A stretch of 64,000 nucleotides of DNA from Eledone cirrhosa (GCA_964016885.1 OZ024742.1:247256001-247320000), one strand, 5' to 3'; positions 44,569-58,700 are shown, counted from the first letter of the stretch. The notes: generated by a model from the letters alone, not told the origin. Translations and numbers: made by a program.

Positions 44569-46311
44569 TATTTATTTCGTCAAGCCTGGAATGCATTTTA
44601 TCGATTTAAGTTTGTCAAACCACTAAATGCATAAGCAACAGTAATCTAATGGTGATTTATCTGTCGTAAGATTTCAACATTTTATTGTGTTGTTCAGTTT
44701 TTGCGTATTAACAGTCGATAAAATAAACTCAACTTTTTTCAAACGAATATTTCATTATTCATGTCTGACATTGTCGAATATGTTCTTAATTATGTCTGCT
44801 ATTATATTTTCTTAGTTATATCTGTCATTTTCTGATTTTCGTTGTCTGTTATTGCAATAACCTTTCTCACTTCCTAAACATATTTCAATAACACCGAGAC
44901 AGGAAATATAAGTAAAATGTCAAGTAAACCGCAGCTTCAACCAATAAAGTCTCTATTCACCTGCTGCAAATAATGCATGTGTGAGAGAAAATATTTTATC
45001 TATGAACATAAAAAAATGACCACACATATATATACACACACATATATATATCTACACAAGATAAATTTGTAAAAGTGTCAGAGTATCGACGAACTAATCT
45101 TGCGGGTTCAAATATCGCCGAGTTCAGCCTTACCTTTCATTCATTTGAGGTCGATAAAATAAAGTAACACTCTAGGTCGGAGACGTTAGATCCTAACAAT
45201 ATTTTCCCTGCTTTTTGTGTTCCGAGTTCAAATCACTTTCTGCTCCACTTGGGTGATTGACGAAATGGATCGCCAGTTTAACAATGTCTCCTGACTGAAG
45301 GGTAAAAATATATAATATATGATGTATGTTTTGAATTTTACCTTGTGTGGCAGAAACCGACACTGGTCCAGGTAACTGAATTTTCGCGGGGCAGTTGTTA
45401 TTTTTTGTTTGATTTCAGCATGTGTCTACACATTTTGTAACAAGCACTTTTAAAATTGAATTTGAAGAAGCCACTCTAAAAAATTATGGATTATTTCCCC
45501 TTCCCTCCAAGCGATGATACAACTATTCTAGATTTCTATATTCCATCCACCACTTCATCCTACTAATCTCACCAACCTTTTTACTAATCCCTAAACATCC
45601 CCCTTCACATTCATCACCTGCCTGCCAAAGACTAGTTTAAAGCTTTATGGCTATGTCTATTGTCAACCATTATTATCTTCTTCGTCTGACAAGGGCCGAC
45701 TGATGAGATGAGACTACTGTCTATATTCGTTCATTTTCCTGTCTTCGCCCATATTTGTTATTCATTCGTATGTTTTAGCCACATGAGTCTCTTTTTTCAA
45801 ACTATGTTTTATCTTACACCACCGCTTTTGTCAGTCTATCTTCACTTTCTCTCTCTCTCGCCCCCTCTCCCCCCCCTCTCTCTCTCTCTCACTCACTCTC
45901 TCACTCACTCTCTCTCTCTTCTTTCTTTCTCTCTCTCTCTATCTCTCTGCCTCTCTTCTCTCTTTCTCTAGTTGCGTCTGCTTTTTTATGACGTAACATT
46001 CCAGCGAACTGAAAATGTTCTACCATATTCTCTATCTCTTTTCTTTCTTGGCTAATCGATATGTTGGGCTTCGTCAATATCTTTTCAATTGCAGATCAAG
46101 GATTAGAGGTAAATTTACTCTTATTTGCAAATAGTCGTTAAGACTATCGTCTTGTCCTTTGTCCATTTGTTACTGTCTCTCGTGCACTAGAGCCACTTGT
46201 TTCGACCTTCCTTAAATAACGAAACACTGTATCCTTAGCGGTCGACTGATGAAATGGGACTACTGTCCGTATACATTTATTTTCCTGTCTTTGCCCCTAT
46301 ATATATATTTA

Positions 46312-46454
<143 letters not shown>

Positions 46455-47029
46455 GTGTATGATGAGCGTCAAGAGAATGAGTAGTCAATATTATAATATA
46501 GACTAGCAGAAAACCACCCGGTGGGCGGTTTTCTGCTAGCAAATCTAGTGTATATACTGATATTATTGAGATTTGGATGAGAAATGTTTTCGGCACCACA
46601 TGTTCACCGTCTCTCGGTGTGTCTTTTATGCATGTATAAATATATATGTTATCTATACGGTGAAATCTTTGAAATAAATATATGTTAAAACGAAAAAGGA
46701 GAAAAAGAGATTAGTGACGGAAATATAAACGTTATGATATAACGATGGAAATATATCTTCAAATGGTCCTTGGCATGGTGTCAAGTCATAACCGCCTCGA
46801 ACTGGTTACTTCTGGCTTGTGCAAGGTGTCTCTATAGCAACCAGTGATTCCCTCGGCCTCAGTGACCAAAGTCAGTGGAGAGGGGAAGGCAATGTTTCTA
46901 TAGCGACAGTGTTTCTCTTGGTAGTACCAAAGTGGAGAAAGGAAGGGGAAGGTAATATTTCTGTAGCACCTACATTTGAGTTTTAGGGAAGGACAGACAG
47001 ACAGACAGACAAACAGAGAAATGCCCATA

Positions 47030-47097
47030 TATTTCTGTGTGTGAATATACATATATATATATATTACACACACAGAAATGTATATATATTTCTGTGC

Positions 47098-47175
<78 letters not shown>

Positions 47176-47352
47176 CACACACAGAAATGTATATATATTT
47201 CTGTGTGTATATATATATATATTACACCCACAGAAATGTATATATATTTCTGTGTGTATATATATATATATATTACACACACAGAAATGTATATATATTT
47301 CTGTGTGTGTATATATATATATATTACACACACAGAAATGTATATATATTTC
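47030..47352. repeat. Tandem array (~5x) of a ~50-bp internally palindromic unit acacagaaat-gtatatat-atttctgtgt separated by (TA)n
   Basis: Directly visible. Confidence 0.9.
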
Positions 47353-47472
47353 TTAGAACAAAATTATTATTAATGTTTTGCTGTTCATAACAATTGGAAT
47401 TGAAAAATTACTTTTGAAATTATTAGTTATTTTACTAATGCTTAGATATGTAAAAATGAAGCAATGTTTCTA

Positions 47473-47662
47473 ATAATTGTTTCTACTTTTAGCACAAGAC
47501 CAGCAATTACCCAGTACATTACTGGTACTTTATTTTATCGACCCCGTGAGGATGAAAGGCAAAGCTAACCTCGGCGGTATTTGAACTCAGACCGTAAAGG
47601 GACGTAACTCCATGATATTAAGCATGGTGTCCGACTCTCTACAGATTCTGTCAATCCACCGC
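47473..47662 (-). mobile_element. Full-length tRNA-derived SINE
   Basis: Same family sequence as 44202-44385. Confidence 0.9.
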
Positions 47663-49799
47663 CCTAATGTCTGTACGTAATGAGGGAGTGAGAGGGGAGA
47701 GAAAGAAAGGCAGAGGTGAAGTGACGAAGTGACTCTCTTCTCCTCCTCCTCCATCTCCCCATTCGTCACAGCGATAGAGGGGAGGAATGTTAGTGTGTTA
47801 CAAAGAGAAAGAGTGAGAGTGAGAGAAAGAGACAGACTAAAAGAGAGGGATAGCTGGAGAGAGAGAGAGAGATAGCAACCACGCGCGCACGTGTTTCCAC
47901 TGTCGGACAGACAGACAGAGAAATTGCTGGTTATATATTATAAGGAGACTAGCAGAAAACCACCAGGTGGGCGGTTTTCTGCTAGCAAATCTAGTGTATA
48001 TACTGATATTGTTGACATTTGGATGAGAAATGTTTTCGGCACCACATGTTCACTGTCTCTCGGTGTGTCTTTTATGCATGTATAAATATATATGTTATCT
48101 ATACGGTGAAATCTTTGAAATAAATATATGTTAAAACGAAAAGGAGAAAATAAATAAATGGCGGTTAGAAAAAAATATTCCTATGAAATTTTAATCATAC
48201 CATTAGGTGTGAATAAAGAAATATTTTTTTATTGTCAAAACAAATGTTCAAAAGTTAAACTTCAATTTTTTGAATTATTTCCAATGTTTTCATGAAATTG
48301 AACACTGGACATTAGCTGCTGGAAATGGAAATTAAATCGTATTTAATTGTATTAAAATTTCTAACCTTATTTTATTATTTATATTTTTTCAATAAGAAAT
48401 AAAAAAAAACAACAAAAAAAATAGAAGAAAAAAATTGAACAAATCAAACGTAGGTTATGGAACTGCGCAATCTGATTAATAAATTACCTCATCAGCAGCA
48501 ACATTCTTCAAATGGTCCTTATTATCAGCAGCAACAACCACAAATTCAATGGCAACCTTCTTCAAACCACAAATTCAATGGCAACCTTCTTCAAATGGTC
48601 CTTATTATCAGCAGCAACAACCACAAATTCAATGGCAACCTTATTCGCATGGTGTCAAGTCAGAACCGCCTCGAACTGGTTACTTCTGGATTGTGCAAGG
48701 TGTCTCTATAGCAACCAGCGATTCCCTCGGCCTCAATGACCAAAGTCAGTGGAGAGGGGAAGGTAATATTTCTGTAGCACGTGTTTTAGCGTCTATTCAC
48801 TCTCTCTCCCTCTCTCCCTCCCGCTATCCCCCTCTCGTAGTCTGTCTCTTTCTTTCACTCTCTCTCTACGCACGTGTTTCCACTGTTGGACAGACAGACA
48901 GAGAAATTGCTAGTTATATATTATAAGTTGATTAATATTGTCATATTATTTATTAACGCCAAGCTTGAGCCTGACGACTCTGTAAGTACACAGTAGAAAT
49001 TGCGGAGCAATAAGTCTCCAGGCTGGCCTTAATAAGACACACACACCAACACACACGCATATACGCACACACACACACACACATACACACACACACCAAC
49101 ACACACGCATACACACTCACGCACACACACACACTCACACTCTCTCTCTCTCACACACACACACACATATATATATATGCATATATGTATCCCAGGTTCA
49201 ATCGGGGGTCACCACAGTAAGTACGGTACTCAATACATAGCAATATATATATATATATATACGCGTGTGTGTCACATGTATATACGCGTTTGTGGGGAGA
49301 TATACAAACGAAGTAAAGCCATATCAATGTTTCATAGAGTTTATGTATATGTTTTGTGTATAAACAGATTTCTTTGACTCAGAATCGCATTAATCAAAGT
49401 TTTAGGGGAATGAGAAAATAGACTTGAAATCATTCAACTGCTTAGATCTGAGGAAGCACGGTTTGACAGCATCTAGATGAGGTTGATTATGATTGGATGT
49501 TGAAGGACACTTATCTTCGTTGGTCATCCGCTGATACCAACTGTATACTTCGTTGTCTGGTTACATTAATACCTGTTCCAAAAGGTTGCTATTTGCTGTT
49601 TTTCTCATTCTTTATAACAGAATACCTCTCCTATTTTGTGATCTCTCTCATTTTGTCATCTATTCTCCCATATTTCCCTTTTTCACATCACTTGACACCA
49701 TCAGTACTTTTTCTTTCATTCTTCTCTTCTTGAACCATCCCTCCACCGAAGGTGAACCATGCTCAAATTCTTCTTCCAGACTTCCCGGTCTCTCATCGT

Positions 49800-50230
49800 A
49801 GCAAGAAGATCCCGACCAGTGAGGCCAGTGTCCTACGTCAACAGAATCCTGATGGTTATGTTTGGACGCCTTACTCATCACTTTGCAGCTTGCGGGCAGA
49901 GAAGCAGTTTTCCTGTAGGTTTATCGTGGTGGGAAACATGACCAGCAAGAGACAAGCGATGAGATCGAACATTCGATCAAGCTCGTGGCAGATACCAATA
50001 AAACTTTGCTACGAACTCTTGAGTACCACACGCAAAATGTGGGTCTAATAACCATCAAGTCTCCTTGAACGTGTTACACTGAGAGTCCATGATTCTGAAC
50101 CATGTAATAAGATCGATTAGACCGTAGCTTTGAAATGTCTTCCTTTCGCAGGTCTGGTATTGGGAGCTTTCAAGACATTTTGTAGTGAATTTATTGCACT
50201 CTATGCTTGACAAATTCTATTGTCAAATTC
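49800..50230 (-). mobile_element. Decayed RTE/RTE-X LINE 3' fragment
   Basis: Minus-strand translation gives ILLHGSESWTLS..RRLDGY and RLSLAGHV-like motifs with stops. Confidence 0.6.
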
Positions 50231-50444
50231 TACTGTTCTATCTCATCCGTATTTTATCAGTACAGAAAGCTGCATTTGAAATTATATATCAATGAAATTT
50301 ACATTCCCCAAATCGAAAACCATGTACATGTAGCTGTGAATTGTATAATCACAATTGTACATTATCACATGATAATGTTGCACACCCATACAAATAATAA
50401 ACACCGAGGTTCACCTGGTGCTGCATTAGGTGCATATATTGTGA

Positions 50445-50760
50445 TGATAATAATAATAATAATGATTTCATTTATTAGCCACAAGGGCCGACATGTAGGG
50501 GACAATACAAAGACAGGGACAGTGGGGGTTTACAATAAGGTCGAGTAAAAGTGCACAATGGCAAGACTAATTTAACAATGAAAATATAAAAATATAAAAT
50601 AAACTATGCATAAATATAACAAAATAAATTCCCCGATAGGGGGTGGACGACCCTGGGGTGACTCGGGTACCCCACCAATCCTGAACCACCCTGCGCTTCT
50701 AGGGCATCCAGGGAGAGCACCCCTCTCCTCAAGTTAGCTAGCCTAAGATCACTTCACAAG
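50445..50760 (-). mobile_element. 3' end of a Tx1/L1-type LINE with (ATT)n tail
   Basis: Similar to 55741-55920 (ccacaag..ggacaatac..aaattccccgataggggg). Confidence 0.6.
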
Positions 50761-50769
50761 AAAGGTCAG

Positions 50770-53508
50770 AACCTTGGTGGAAGAAACGACTGAATGGTCA
50801 AATCAGGGAAATGAGAAATGACATCGGAAAGCTTGAGTCCCTAATGAATGGGACACTACAAAACATAGACACTAAAAATAGACTGGAAATAAAGTACAAA
50901 ACTAGGAGGAAAAAGCCAAATATTATCATAGAGGAACTGAAGTAACGCATTGTAGCAAAGAGCGCAAAGATTAGGCGCTACGAGAGCAGAGTCAGTCATT
51001 ATAGACAGAACCGCATGTTTGACAACAACCGGAAGATGTTGTTTGAACAGCTTGAAGAAAGAGGCAACGACTTGATCCCTGAGGCGGAACAAACTAAGGC
51101 ATTCTGGAGAGGAATATGGGAGCAGGATGTTGAACATAATGATCAGGCAGTGTGGATTGAGACAGTACAAAAGGAGATTAGTGAACAGGCACACCAACAA
51201 ACTGATTTGAGTATCACAGTTGAAACTCTTAAGGGGCAGGCCAGAAAACTAACCAAATGGAAATCACCAGGCCCAGATGGTGTGCAGGGGTATTGGATTA
51301 AAAATATAACATCCCTCCACCCGAAACTGACAACCATGTTCAATGACTGCTTGATGTCAGGTGAGGTACCAGAGTGGTTGACAAAAGGTACCACAGTTCT
51401 GGTAATGAAAGAGCGAACCAAGGGTAATGATGTTACCAACTATAGATCTATCACCTGCCTGTCCGTAATGTGGAAACTGTTAACAAGCAATGTATGTGAG
51501 GAAATCTACCATGACCTCCACATAAACAACTTGTTACCGGACGAACAGAAAGGATGCCGAATGACGTCCCGTGGTACAAAGGACCAGTTTCTTATTGATA
51601 AGATGGTAATGAGGAATTGCAGGAGGAGACACACTGGTCTTGCCATGGGGTGGATAGACTACAAAAAGGCATTCGACATGGTACCTGATTCTTGGATAAC
51701 CAAAAGCCTAGAGATCTTCAGGGTGGCAGATAACATCAGACAGTTGTTGAGCAAAAGTATGAAGACATGGAAAACAGAGTTAACATCGGGCGGAGAATCC
51801 TTGGGAGGCGTGAAGATCAAGAGAGGTATCTCCCAGGGAGATAGTTTGTCCCCTCTGTTGTTTGTCCTTGCCCTGATCCTCCTGACCATTATACTACGAA
51901 AAGTGAGAGCAGGATACAAGTTGGGAAAGGGAGAGCTTACCATCAATCACCTCCTCTTCATGGACGATCTTAAGCTCTTCGGGAAGAGTGAAAAGGAGTT
52001 GGATGTGCTTGTTGACACTGTCCGTATTTTCAGCAATGATATATGTAAGCAATTTGGTATTAGTAAGTGTGGAGTCTTTGTGATGAAGAGGGGTAAATTG
52101 AGCAGAAGTTACGGAATCCAGGTACCAACAGGTGAGATGATAATGGAAATTGACACTGAAGAAGGATACAAGTATTTGGGTGTTCTGGAGGCTGATGACA
52201 TGAAGAACAAAAAAATGAAGGAATTGATAAGAACTGAATACCTTCGGAGAGTAAGGAGCGTATTAAAGTCACATCTGAACAGTATGAATGCCATAAGCGC
52301 AGTAAATTCCCGAGCTGTGTCTATTATTAGGTACAGTGCGGGAATTCTGAGATGGAATGTTGCTGAACAAAAAGAAATGCATAGGAAGACTAGGAAGCTA
52401 TTGACTATCTACAACATGTTCCACAAGAGGAGTGATGTCGATAGACTCTACATAAGGAGATCTGAGGGTGGAAGAGGTCTTATCAGCATAGAGGACTGTG
52501 TTCAGATGGAGAAAAACAACCTATACAAATACGTGACCTATAGTAAGGAGCCAATGCTCAGAACTGTACTGAAGGAGGGGACAGTAGGCCAGGGGATGTC
52601 CAAGGAGGAAATAACATCAAGGAGGAAGAGCAGCCTTAAGGGAAAATCCCTTCATAGTACCTTCTTTGAGAAAACTGAATTTAGAGATCCACAGACATGG
52701 AACTGGTTGAGAAGAGGAGACCTCAAAAAGGCTACAGAAGGAATGCTAATGGCTGCGCAGGAGCAGGCCCTCAAAACGAAGTGGTTGAAGCACCATATTT
52801 ACAAGGAGGAGGCTAGCTCACTGTGCAGGATCTTTGGAGAGAGAGAGGAGACTGTGGCTCACATTGTGTCCGAGTGTAAACACCTAGCCCAGACCCACTA
52901 TAAGGGCTGGAGACACGATGTGATGGGCAGGGTGATCCACTGGCACCTGTGCAAAGTAAACAATTTACCACATTCTGAGAAATGGTATGAGCATAGGCCA
53001 GAGGCGGTGATGGAAAACGATCAGGTGAAGGTGCTGTGGGATTTTAGGATACAGACGGACAAAAAACTGGAACACAATAGACCTGACCTGGTGGTTGTGG
53101 ACAAAGAAAAAAGATCGTGCCTGATTGTGGATGTGGCCTGCCCATTCGACACGAGAGTGCAAGAGAAGGAGAGGGAGAAAATTAACCGATACCAGGACCT
53201 AAAGTGGGAGGTGAAAAGGATTTGGAGCTGCCATGAAGTCAAAGTGATCCCGATTGTCATAGGCGCACTGGGGACTATCTCCAAAAGTTTCCAGGGATGG
53301 TTAAAGAAAATCGGCCCCTTCACGCTTTTTGGAACGCTTCAAAAGGCATGCTTGCTTGGAACAGCAAGAACCCTCCGATACGTCCTGAATATCTGAGGCT
53401 GCAGGTAGTGGCTTGATATTCATTCCAACGGACTTTCCGGTTAACCAACATTAATGACTGAGATTCAAGGAATAACAACAACAATAATAATAATATTAAT
53501 AATAATAA
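50770..53508 (+). mobile_element. R4/Dong-type RLE non-LTR retrotransposon, 5'-truncated, (TAA)n tail
   Basis: Contains the 793-aa ORF, a ~75-bp 3' UTR, then aataacaacaacaataataat. Confidence 0.9.
51015..53396 (+). CDS. Reverse transcriptase + zinc knuckle + restriction-like endonuclease (N-terminally truncated by upstream stops)
   Basis: [65 protein letters not shown] and RPDLVVVD..IVDVACP..EKINRY. Confidence 0.9.
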   Translation: MFDNNRKMLFEQLEERGNDLIPEAEQTKAFWRGIWEQDVEHNDQAVWIETVQKEISEQAHQQTDLSITVETLKGQARKLTKWKSPGPDGVQGYWIKNITSLHPKLTTMFNDCLMSGEVPEWLTKGTTVLVMKERTKGNDVTNYRSITCLSVMWKLLTSNVCEEIYHDLHINNLLPDEQKGCRMTSRGTKDQFLIDKMVMRNCRRRHTGLAMGWIDYKKAFDMVPDSWITKSLEIFRVADNIRQLLSKSMKTWKTELTSGGESLGGVKIKRGISQGDSLSPLLFVLALILLTIILRKVRAGYKLGKGELTINHLLFMDDLKLFGKSEKELDVLVDTVRIFSNDICKQFGISKCGVFVMKRGKLSRSYGIQVPTGEMIMEIDTEEGYKYLGVLEADDMKNKKMKELIRTEYLRRVRSVLKSHLNSMNAISAVNSRAVSIIRYSAGILRWNVAEQKEMHRKTRKLLTIYNMFHKRSDVDRLYIRRSEGGRGLISIEDCVQMEKNNLYKYVTYSKEPMLRTVLKEGTVGQGMSKEEITSRRKSSLKGKSLHSTFFEKTEFRDPQTWNWLRRGDLKKATEGMLMAAQEQALKTKWLKHHIYKEEASSLCRIFGEREETVAHIVSECKHLAQTHYKGWRHDVMGRVIHWHLCKVNNLPHSEKWYEHRPEAVMENDQVKVLWDFRIQTDKKLEHNRPDLVVVDKEKRSCLIVDVACPFDTRVQEKEREKINRYQDLKWEVKRIWSCHEVKVIPIVIGALGTISKSFQGWLKKIGPFTLFGTLQKACLLGTARTLRYVLNI

Positions 53509-55496
53509 TGTCTGTCCGTAATGTGGAAACTGTTGACAAGCATTATGTCTGAGGAAATCTACCATCACCTCCACACAAACAACTTGTTACCGGACGAACA
53601 CAAAGGATGCCGAAAGAAGTCACGTGGTACTAAGGACCAGTTACTTATTGATAAGATGGTAATGAGGAATTGCAAGAGGAGACACACTGGTCTTGCCATG
53701 GGATGGATAGACTACAAAAAGGCATTTGACATGGTGCCTCATTCTTGGATCACCAAAAGCCTGGAGATCTTCAAGGTGGCAGATAACATCAGACAGTTGT
53801 TGGGCAAACTGGAGTATCCTTGGGAAGCGTGAAGATCAAGAGAGGTATCTTCCAGGGAGATAGTCTGTCCCCTCTGTTGTTTGTCCTTGCCCTGATGCCC
53901 CTGACCAGTGTACTGCGAAAAGTGAGAGCAGGATACAGGTTGGGAAAGGGAGGGCTTACCATCAATCACCTCCTCTTCATGGACGATCTTAAGCTCTTCG
54001 AGAAGAGTGAGAAGGAGTTGGATGTGCTTGTTGACACTGTCCGTATTTTCAGCAATGATATATGTAAGCAATTTGGTATTAGTAAGTGTGGAGTCATTGT
54101 GATGAGGAGGGGTAAGTTGAGCAGAAGTCGGGATCCAGATACCAACAGGTGAGATGATAAAAGAAATTGACTCTGAGGAAGGATACAAGTATTTGGGCGT
54201 TCTGGAGGCTGATGACATCAAGAACAAAAAAATGAAGGCATTGATAAGAACTGAATACCTTCGGAGAGTAAGGAGCGTATTAAAGTCACATATGAACAGT
54301 AGGAATGCCATAAGTGCAGTAAATTCCCGAGCTGTGTCTATTATTAGGTACAGTGCGGGAATTCTGAGATGGAATGTTGCTGAACAAAAAGAAATGGATA
54401 GGAAGACTAGGAAGCTATTGACTATCTACAATATGTTCCACAAGAGGAGTGATGTCGATAGACTCTACGTAAGGAGATCTGAGGGCGGAAGAGGTTTTAT
54501 CAGCATAGAGGACTGTGTTCAGATGGAGAAAAACAACCTACACAAATACGTGACTGATGGTAAGGAGCCAATGCTCAGAACTGTACTGAAGGAGAGGACA
54601 ATAGGCCAGGGGATGTCCAAGGAGGAAATAACATCAAGGAGGAAGAGCAGCCTTCAGGAAAAATCCTTTCATAGTACCTTCTTTGAGAAAACTGAATTTA
54701 GAGATCCACAGACATGGAACTGGTTGAAAAGAGGAGACCTTAAAAAGGCTATAGAAGGAATGTTAATGGCTGCGCAGGAGCAGGCCCTCAAAACGAAGTG
54801 GTTGAAACACCACATTTACAAGGAGGAGGCTAGCCCACTGTGCAGGATCTGTGGAGAGAGAGAGGCGACTGTGGCTCACATTGTATCCGAGTGTAAACAC
54901 CTAGCCCAGACTCACTATAAGGGCTGGAGACATGATGTGATGGGCAGGGTGATCCACTGGCACCTATGCAAAGTAAACAATTTACCATATTCTGAGAAGT
55001 GGTATGAGCATAAGCCAGAGGCTGTGATAGAAAACGATCAGGTGAAGGTGCTGTGGGATTTTAGGATACAGACGGACAAGAAACTGGAACACAATAGACC
55101 TGACCTGGTGGTTTTGGACAAAGAAAAAAGAGCGTGTCTGATTGTGTGTGCGGCCTGCCCATTCGACACGAGAGTGCAAGAGAAAGAGAGGGAGAAAATT
55201 AACCGATACCAGGACTTAAAGTGGGAGGTAAAAAGGATTTGGAACTGCCATGAAGTCAAAGTGATCCCGATTGTCATAGGCGCACTAGGGACTATCTCAA
55301 AAAGTTTCCAGGGATGGTTAAAGAAAATTGGCCCCTTCACGCTTTTTGGAACGCTTCAAAAGGCATGCTTGCTGGGAACAGCAAGAACCCTCCGATACGT
55401 CCTGAATATCTGAGGCTGCAGGTAGTGGCTTGATATTCATCTCAACAAACTTTCCTGTTAACTAACATCAATGACTGAGACTCAAAGAGTAATAAC

Positions 55497-55534
<38 letters not shown>

Positions 55535-55535
55535 A
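53509..55535 (+). mobile_element. Second R4/Dong-type copy (more 5'-truncated, frameshifted) inserted in the first copy's tail
   Basis: Begins at the position equivalent to ~51457; ORFs 53521-53832, 53820-54152 and 54154-55413; ends in (TAA)n. Confidence 0.9.
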
Positions 55536-55536
55536 T

Positions 55537-55740
55537 AATGTCATAGGCGCACTAGGTACTATCTCAAGGAGTTTCCGCCCCGCTTTTTGCAACACTTCAA
55601 AAGGCATGCTTGCTGGAAACAGCAAGAACCCTCCGATACGTCCTGAATATCTGAGGCTGCAGGTAGTGGCTTGATATTCATTTCAACAAACTTTCCAGTT
55701 AACTAACATCAATGACTGAGACTCAAAGAATAATAATAAT
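55537..55740 (+). mobile_element. Third, ~200-bp 3'-terminal R4/Dong-type copy
   Basis: gtcataggcgcactagg...cctgaatatctgaggctgcagg...gactgagactcaaag followed by (TAA)n. Confidence 0.9.
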
Positions 55741-58700
55741 GCTTTCTTTAATAACCACAAGTGTTTATTACACAAAGTATGACATTAAGGACAATACAGG
55801 ACAATACAGGACAATACAGGACGGTACAAATGGGCATTTCTGCGTGTAAAAAAAAACAAAAAAACAGAGGATGTAACAAAAATTAAACAATGAAAAAATT
55901 CCCCGATAGGGGGGACACTTCCGAAGGATTGTCGTGGAGAAAGCCCATTAAAAATCCCACCGTGACCCTGACCACCAGGACAAGTGCTCTCTCCCAGTTG
56001 TCCACCTTTAATTTACAGACACATACTCAGAGTAGGCCCATTCACTCGGGCCATTCTTGCCTCTCTCACCCATCTTTCAACAAAATGCTGGGAATAGAGC
56101 ACTTCCCTCTCTACCCTGATTTTCCTTTTCAAATGAAATTTGAAAAAGGTAATCAGGGCTTCACCGAAGAGGTAAGTGTTCGTCTTCAGCCCTTTCAAAC
56201 GCGTTCAACACACTATCTCTTTCGCCATGGCCACCAGACAGATAAAAACTGCCTGCCCTTCCCCGATAAAGGAAGAGGGCGTGGCAATCCTAAGGATGGA
56301 CTCAGCTGATAGCCTGATTCCTCCTACACGCGACAGCAGTTGTTCGACATAAACCCACAAGTCAGCAATGCTCGGAAACTGGACGAGTGCGTGCAGGACG
56401 GTTTCGGCGTCCTGCGCGCATCTCTGACATGCCCGGCCGAGGGAACCTCCATGCCTGTAGAGTTTATTCCGAACTGGCAAAGCTCCACGGTAGTACTGCC
56501 AGGCTAGGGATTTTTGGAAGTTGTCCATAGGCCCCGGCCCGAAAGTTCTTCCGAAGAGATTGGCTAGTTGATTTTCGTCGACGTCTAGAGTTTCCCCAAG
56601 TAGGTCGTCGCTCTTCCCCTCCACTAATCCTCTGTAAAACGCCAATGTGGAGTTTTCACCTATCACATTGCTCGATTGGTCGAAGGCTGTGAGCGCCTGA
56701 AGAAATTCCAGTCTCCAAGCGCTCCCTCTCGGTCTTCGCTTGACCCAGGACTGCAGCTACGTCAAGGAGACGAGCTGGGGAAAGACGCGTCTAGCAAACG
56801 CCGACCACACCTGATCACCGTCGAGGAATAGGTGGAGATGTAGCCTGAGCGCGTGTCTGCGCATCATCAGCCATGGCATGCCCAGCCCTCCACGTAGCGG
56901 GTGTTGACAGCAGATGGACCGCCTGACCATCGGAGCGCGTCCTTTCCACACAAAGCGAAAGAGCAAACGTTCCAGCGCAGTCAGGCGAGGCATAGGAGAA
57001 GGCACGCCGGTCAGGTGGTAGTAGATGACGGACGCGTTGTACGCATTCGCCACATCCGCTCGACCTTTCAGGGATAGCTTCCTATCTACCCATTTGCTGG
57101 TGAGAGAAGCCACCCTGCTCGTCACCTCGTCCCAGTTTTTATCCGTCTGGAGGTTTGGACCGAAACAGACCCTTAGCAATTTAACCGGTTTGTCCGTCCA
57201 GCGCCTGACGACGCTGTTGGAGGGCATGGACCTTCCTCTCCAGGTGCCGAGCAGCAGGCCCACTGACTTTTCCTGGTTGATCATTGCTCCTGTCACCGCT
57301 TCGTATTCTCTTAGTGTAGTGCCGATCGCCTCGATGTGTTTGGCGTTTGACACCACTACGGTGACATCGTCCGCATATGCTGACACGGAGCTTCCGCATC
57401 TTAGTTCGCGCGGGACCCCCTCAACCTCTCCAGTTTGTGCAAAGCCTTCGTGCTTTGCATTGAAGAATTGGTTTAGGGCCAATTTCGCCGTAAGTACGTC
57501 GGTCGCGATGCCTTTGCTAAGCGACTCGTCTAATTTTTTAACTAATTCTCTCTCTGCTCTATTTTTCTCTATTGCTAAAGCCTTACTAAACTTAATGGAC
57601 TCTATTCTAATTGCTCTTTTCAGAGCAAACCACCACTTGTTGTTGACGATGGCCCCGTCAACGCCCGCTTAGCTAGTTCGCTAATCCGGTCTCTGTAGGC
57701 CTTGCGCGCTGGTAAGGACGCGTTTAGCTTCCAGTTGCCGCGTCCTCGTCTATGAAGCCTATCTAAGTCAAGCACACAGATCACGAATTTGTGGTCCGTG
57801 TAGCTGACTATCTTGAATTGTGGACAGCCTATGCTAGACCTATCTATTTCTCTACAAAATACTCTATCTAGATATGATCTGGATGACCCTATGCGATTTG
57901 TCCAAGTCCACATTGGTACATTCGGGAAATCCAATCGGTACCTGTCAGACAGTTCAAAACGCCTGAGCAGGTTGGTGAGGCTCTTGCACCCTCCTCCCCT
58001 ATCCGCTAATCCCACACAGTCTCAGCGTGCATCTAAGATACCGTTCCAGTCGCCCACTAACACTAAAGAGCGGGACGTTCCAAGAAAGGTCTCCGGACGC
58101 CGGAAGAAATCAGGCCGCCCTGCTCCTGTCGGGGCATAGACAGCCACTAGCCTGAAAGCTTGCCCGTCTCCGCTGGTCACGTCTAGCACAGCCATCTTAC
58201 CTTTTGGGTCCAGGAAGATGGCCCGTATGGCGAGATCCAAACCTCTCCAAAAAAGCACAGCAACTCCTCCCCTCGATCCAAGACGGCTGGGAGATGCGTA
58301 CACATCGTAGCCGCCGAAGATCGGTACGAAGGCCCGTGCTTCTGAGATTCTGGTCTCGCTAATGGCCACTACATCTATGTTTAGTGACCTGAGGCCGTTG
58401 AGCAGGTGGCCCTGCTTCCATGACGACCCCAAGCCACGCACATTTATGCTGCCTATTCTGAGTGAGGTCATGTTGAAATGGAGTGGAAAAGATGGGAAAA
58501 ACCACTTACCTTACTTCTCGTAGGGGAAGGTGGGTGTGTCCATCCTTTTCACTGCTTGTGGCCTCCTCCGGAAGGATCTCCTTATAAATCCTCCTGGAGA
58601 GTGTTTGTCGGAAGTCTCCGATGTCTTTGGGGAATTTTTGTTTTAGTGTCGTGTACGTTCTTTGTGTGATGCGAGTGATTTGTATGTGTGGAGTTGGTGT

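Larger units (their letters stand above)
46502..48927 (-). mobile_element. Tandem Helitron-like non-autonomous elements (head-to-tail, ~46502-47945 and ~47948-48927)
   Basis: Minus-strand 5' end ...ttataatatataa..tctgtctgtctgtcc and 3' end GC-rich hairpin+CTAG; CTAG|TC junctions at ~46502 and ~47948. 46502-46710 is duplicated at 47948-48150, and 46757-46970 at ~48590-48780. Confidence 0.65.

Noticed and set aside
48457-48926. Gln-rich ORFs (QQQQPQIQWQP)
   Set aside because: They arise from short tandem duplications inside the Helitron-like repeat, and the paralogous unit at 46750 lacks them.
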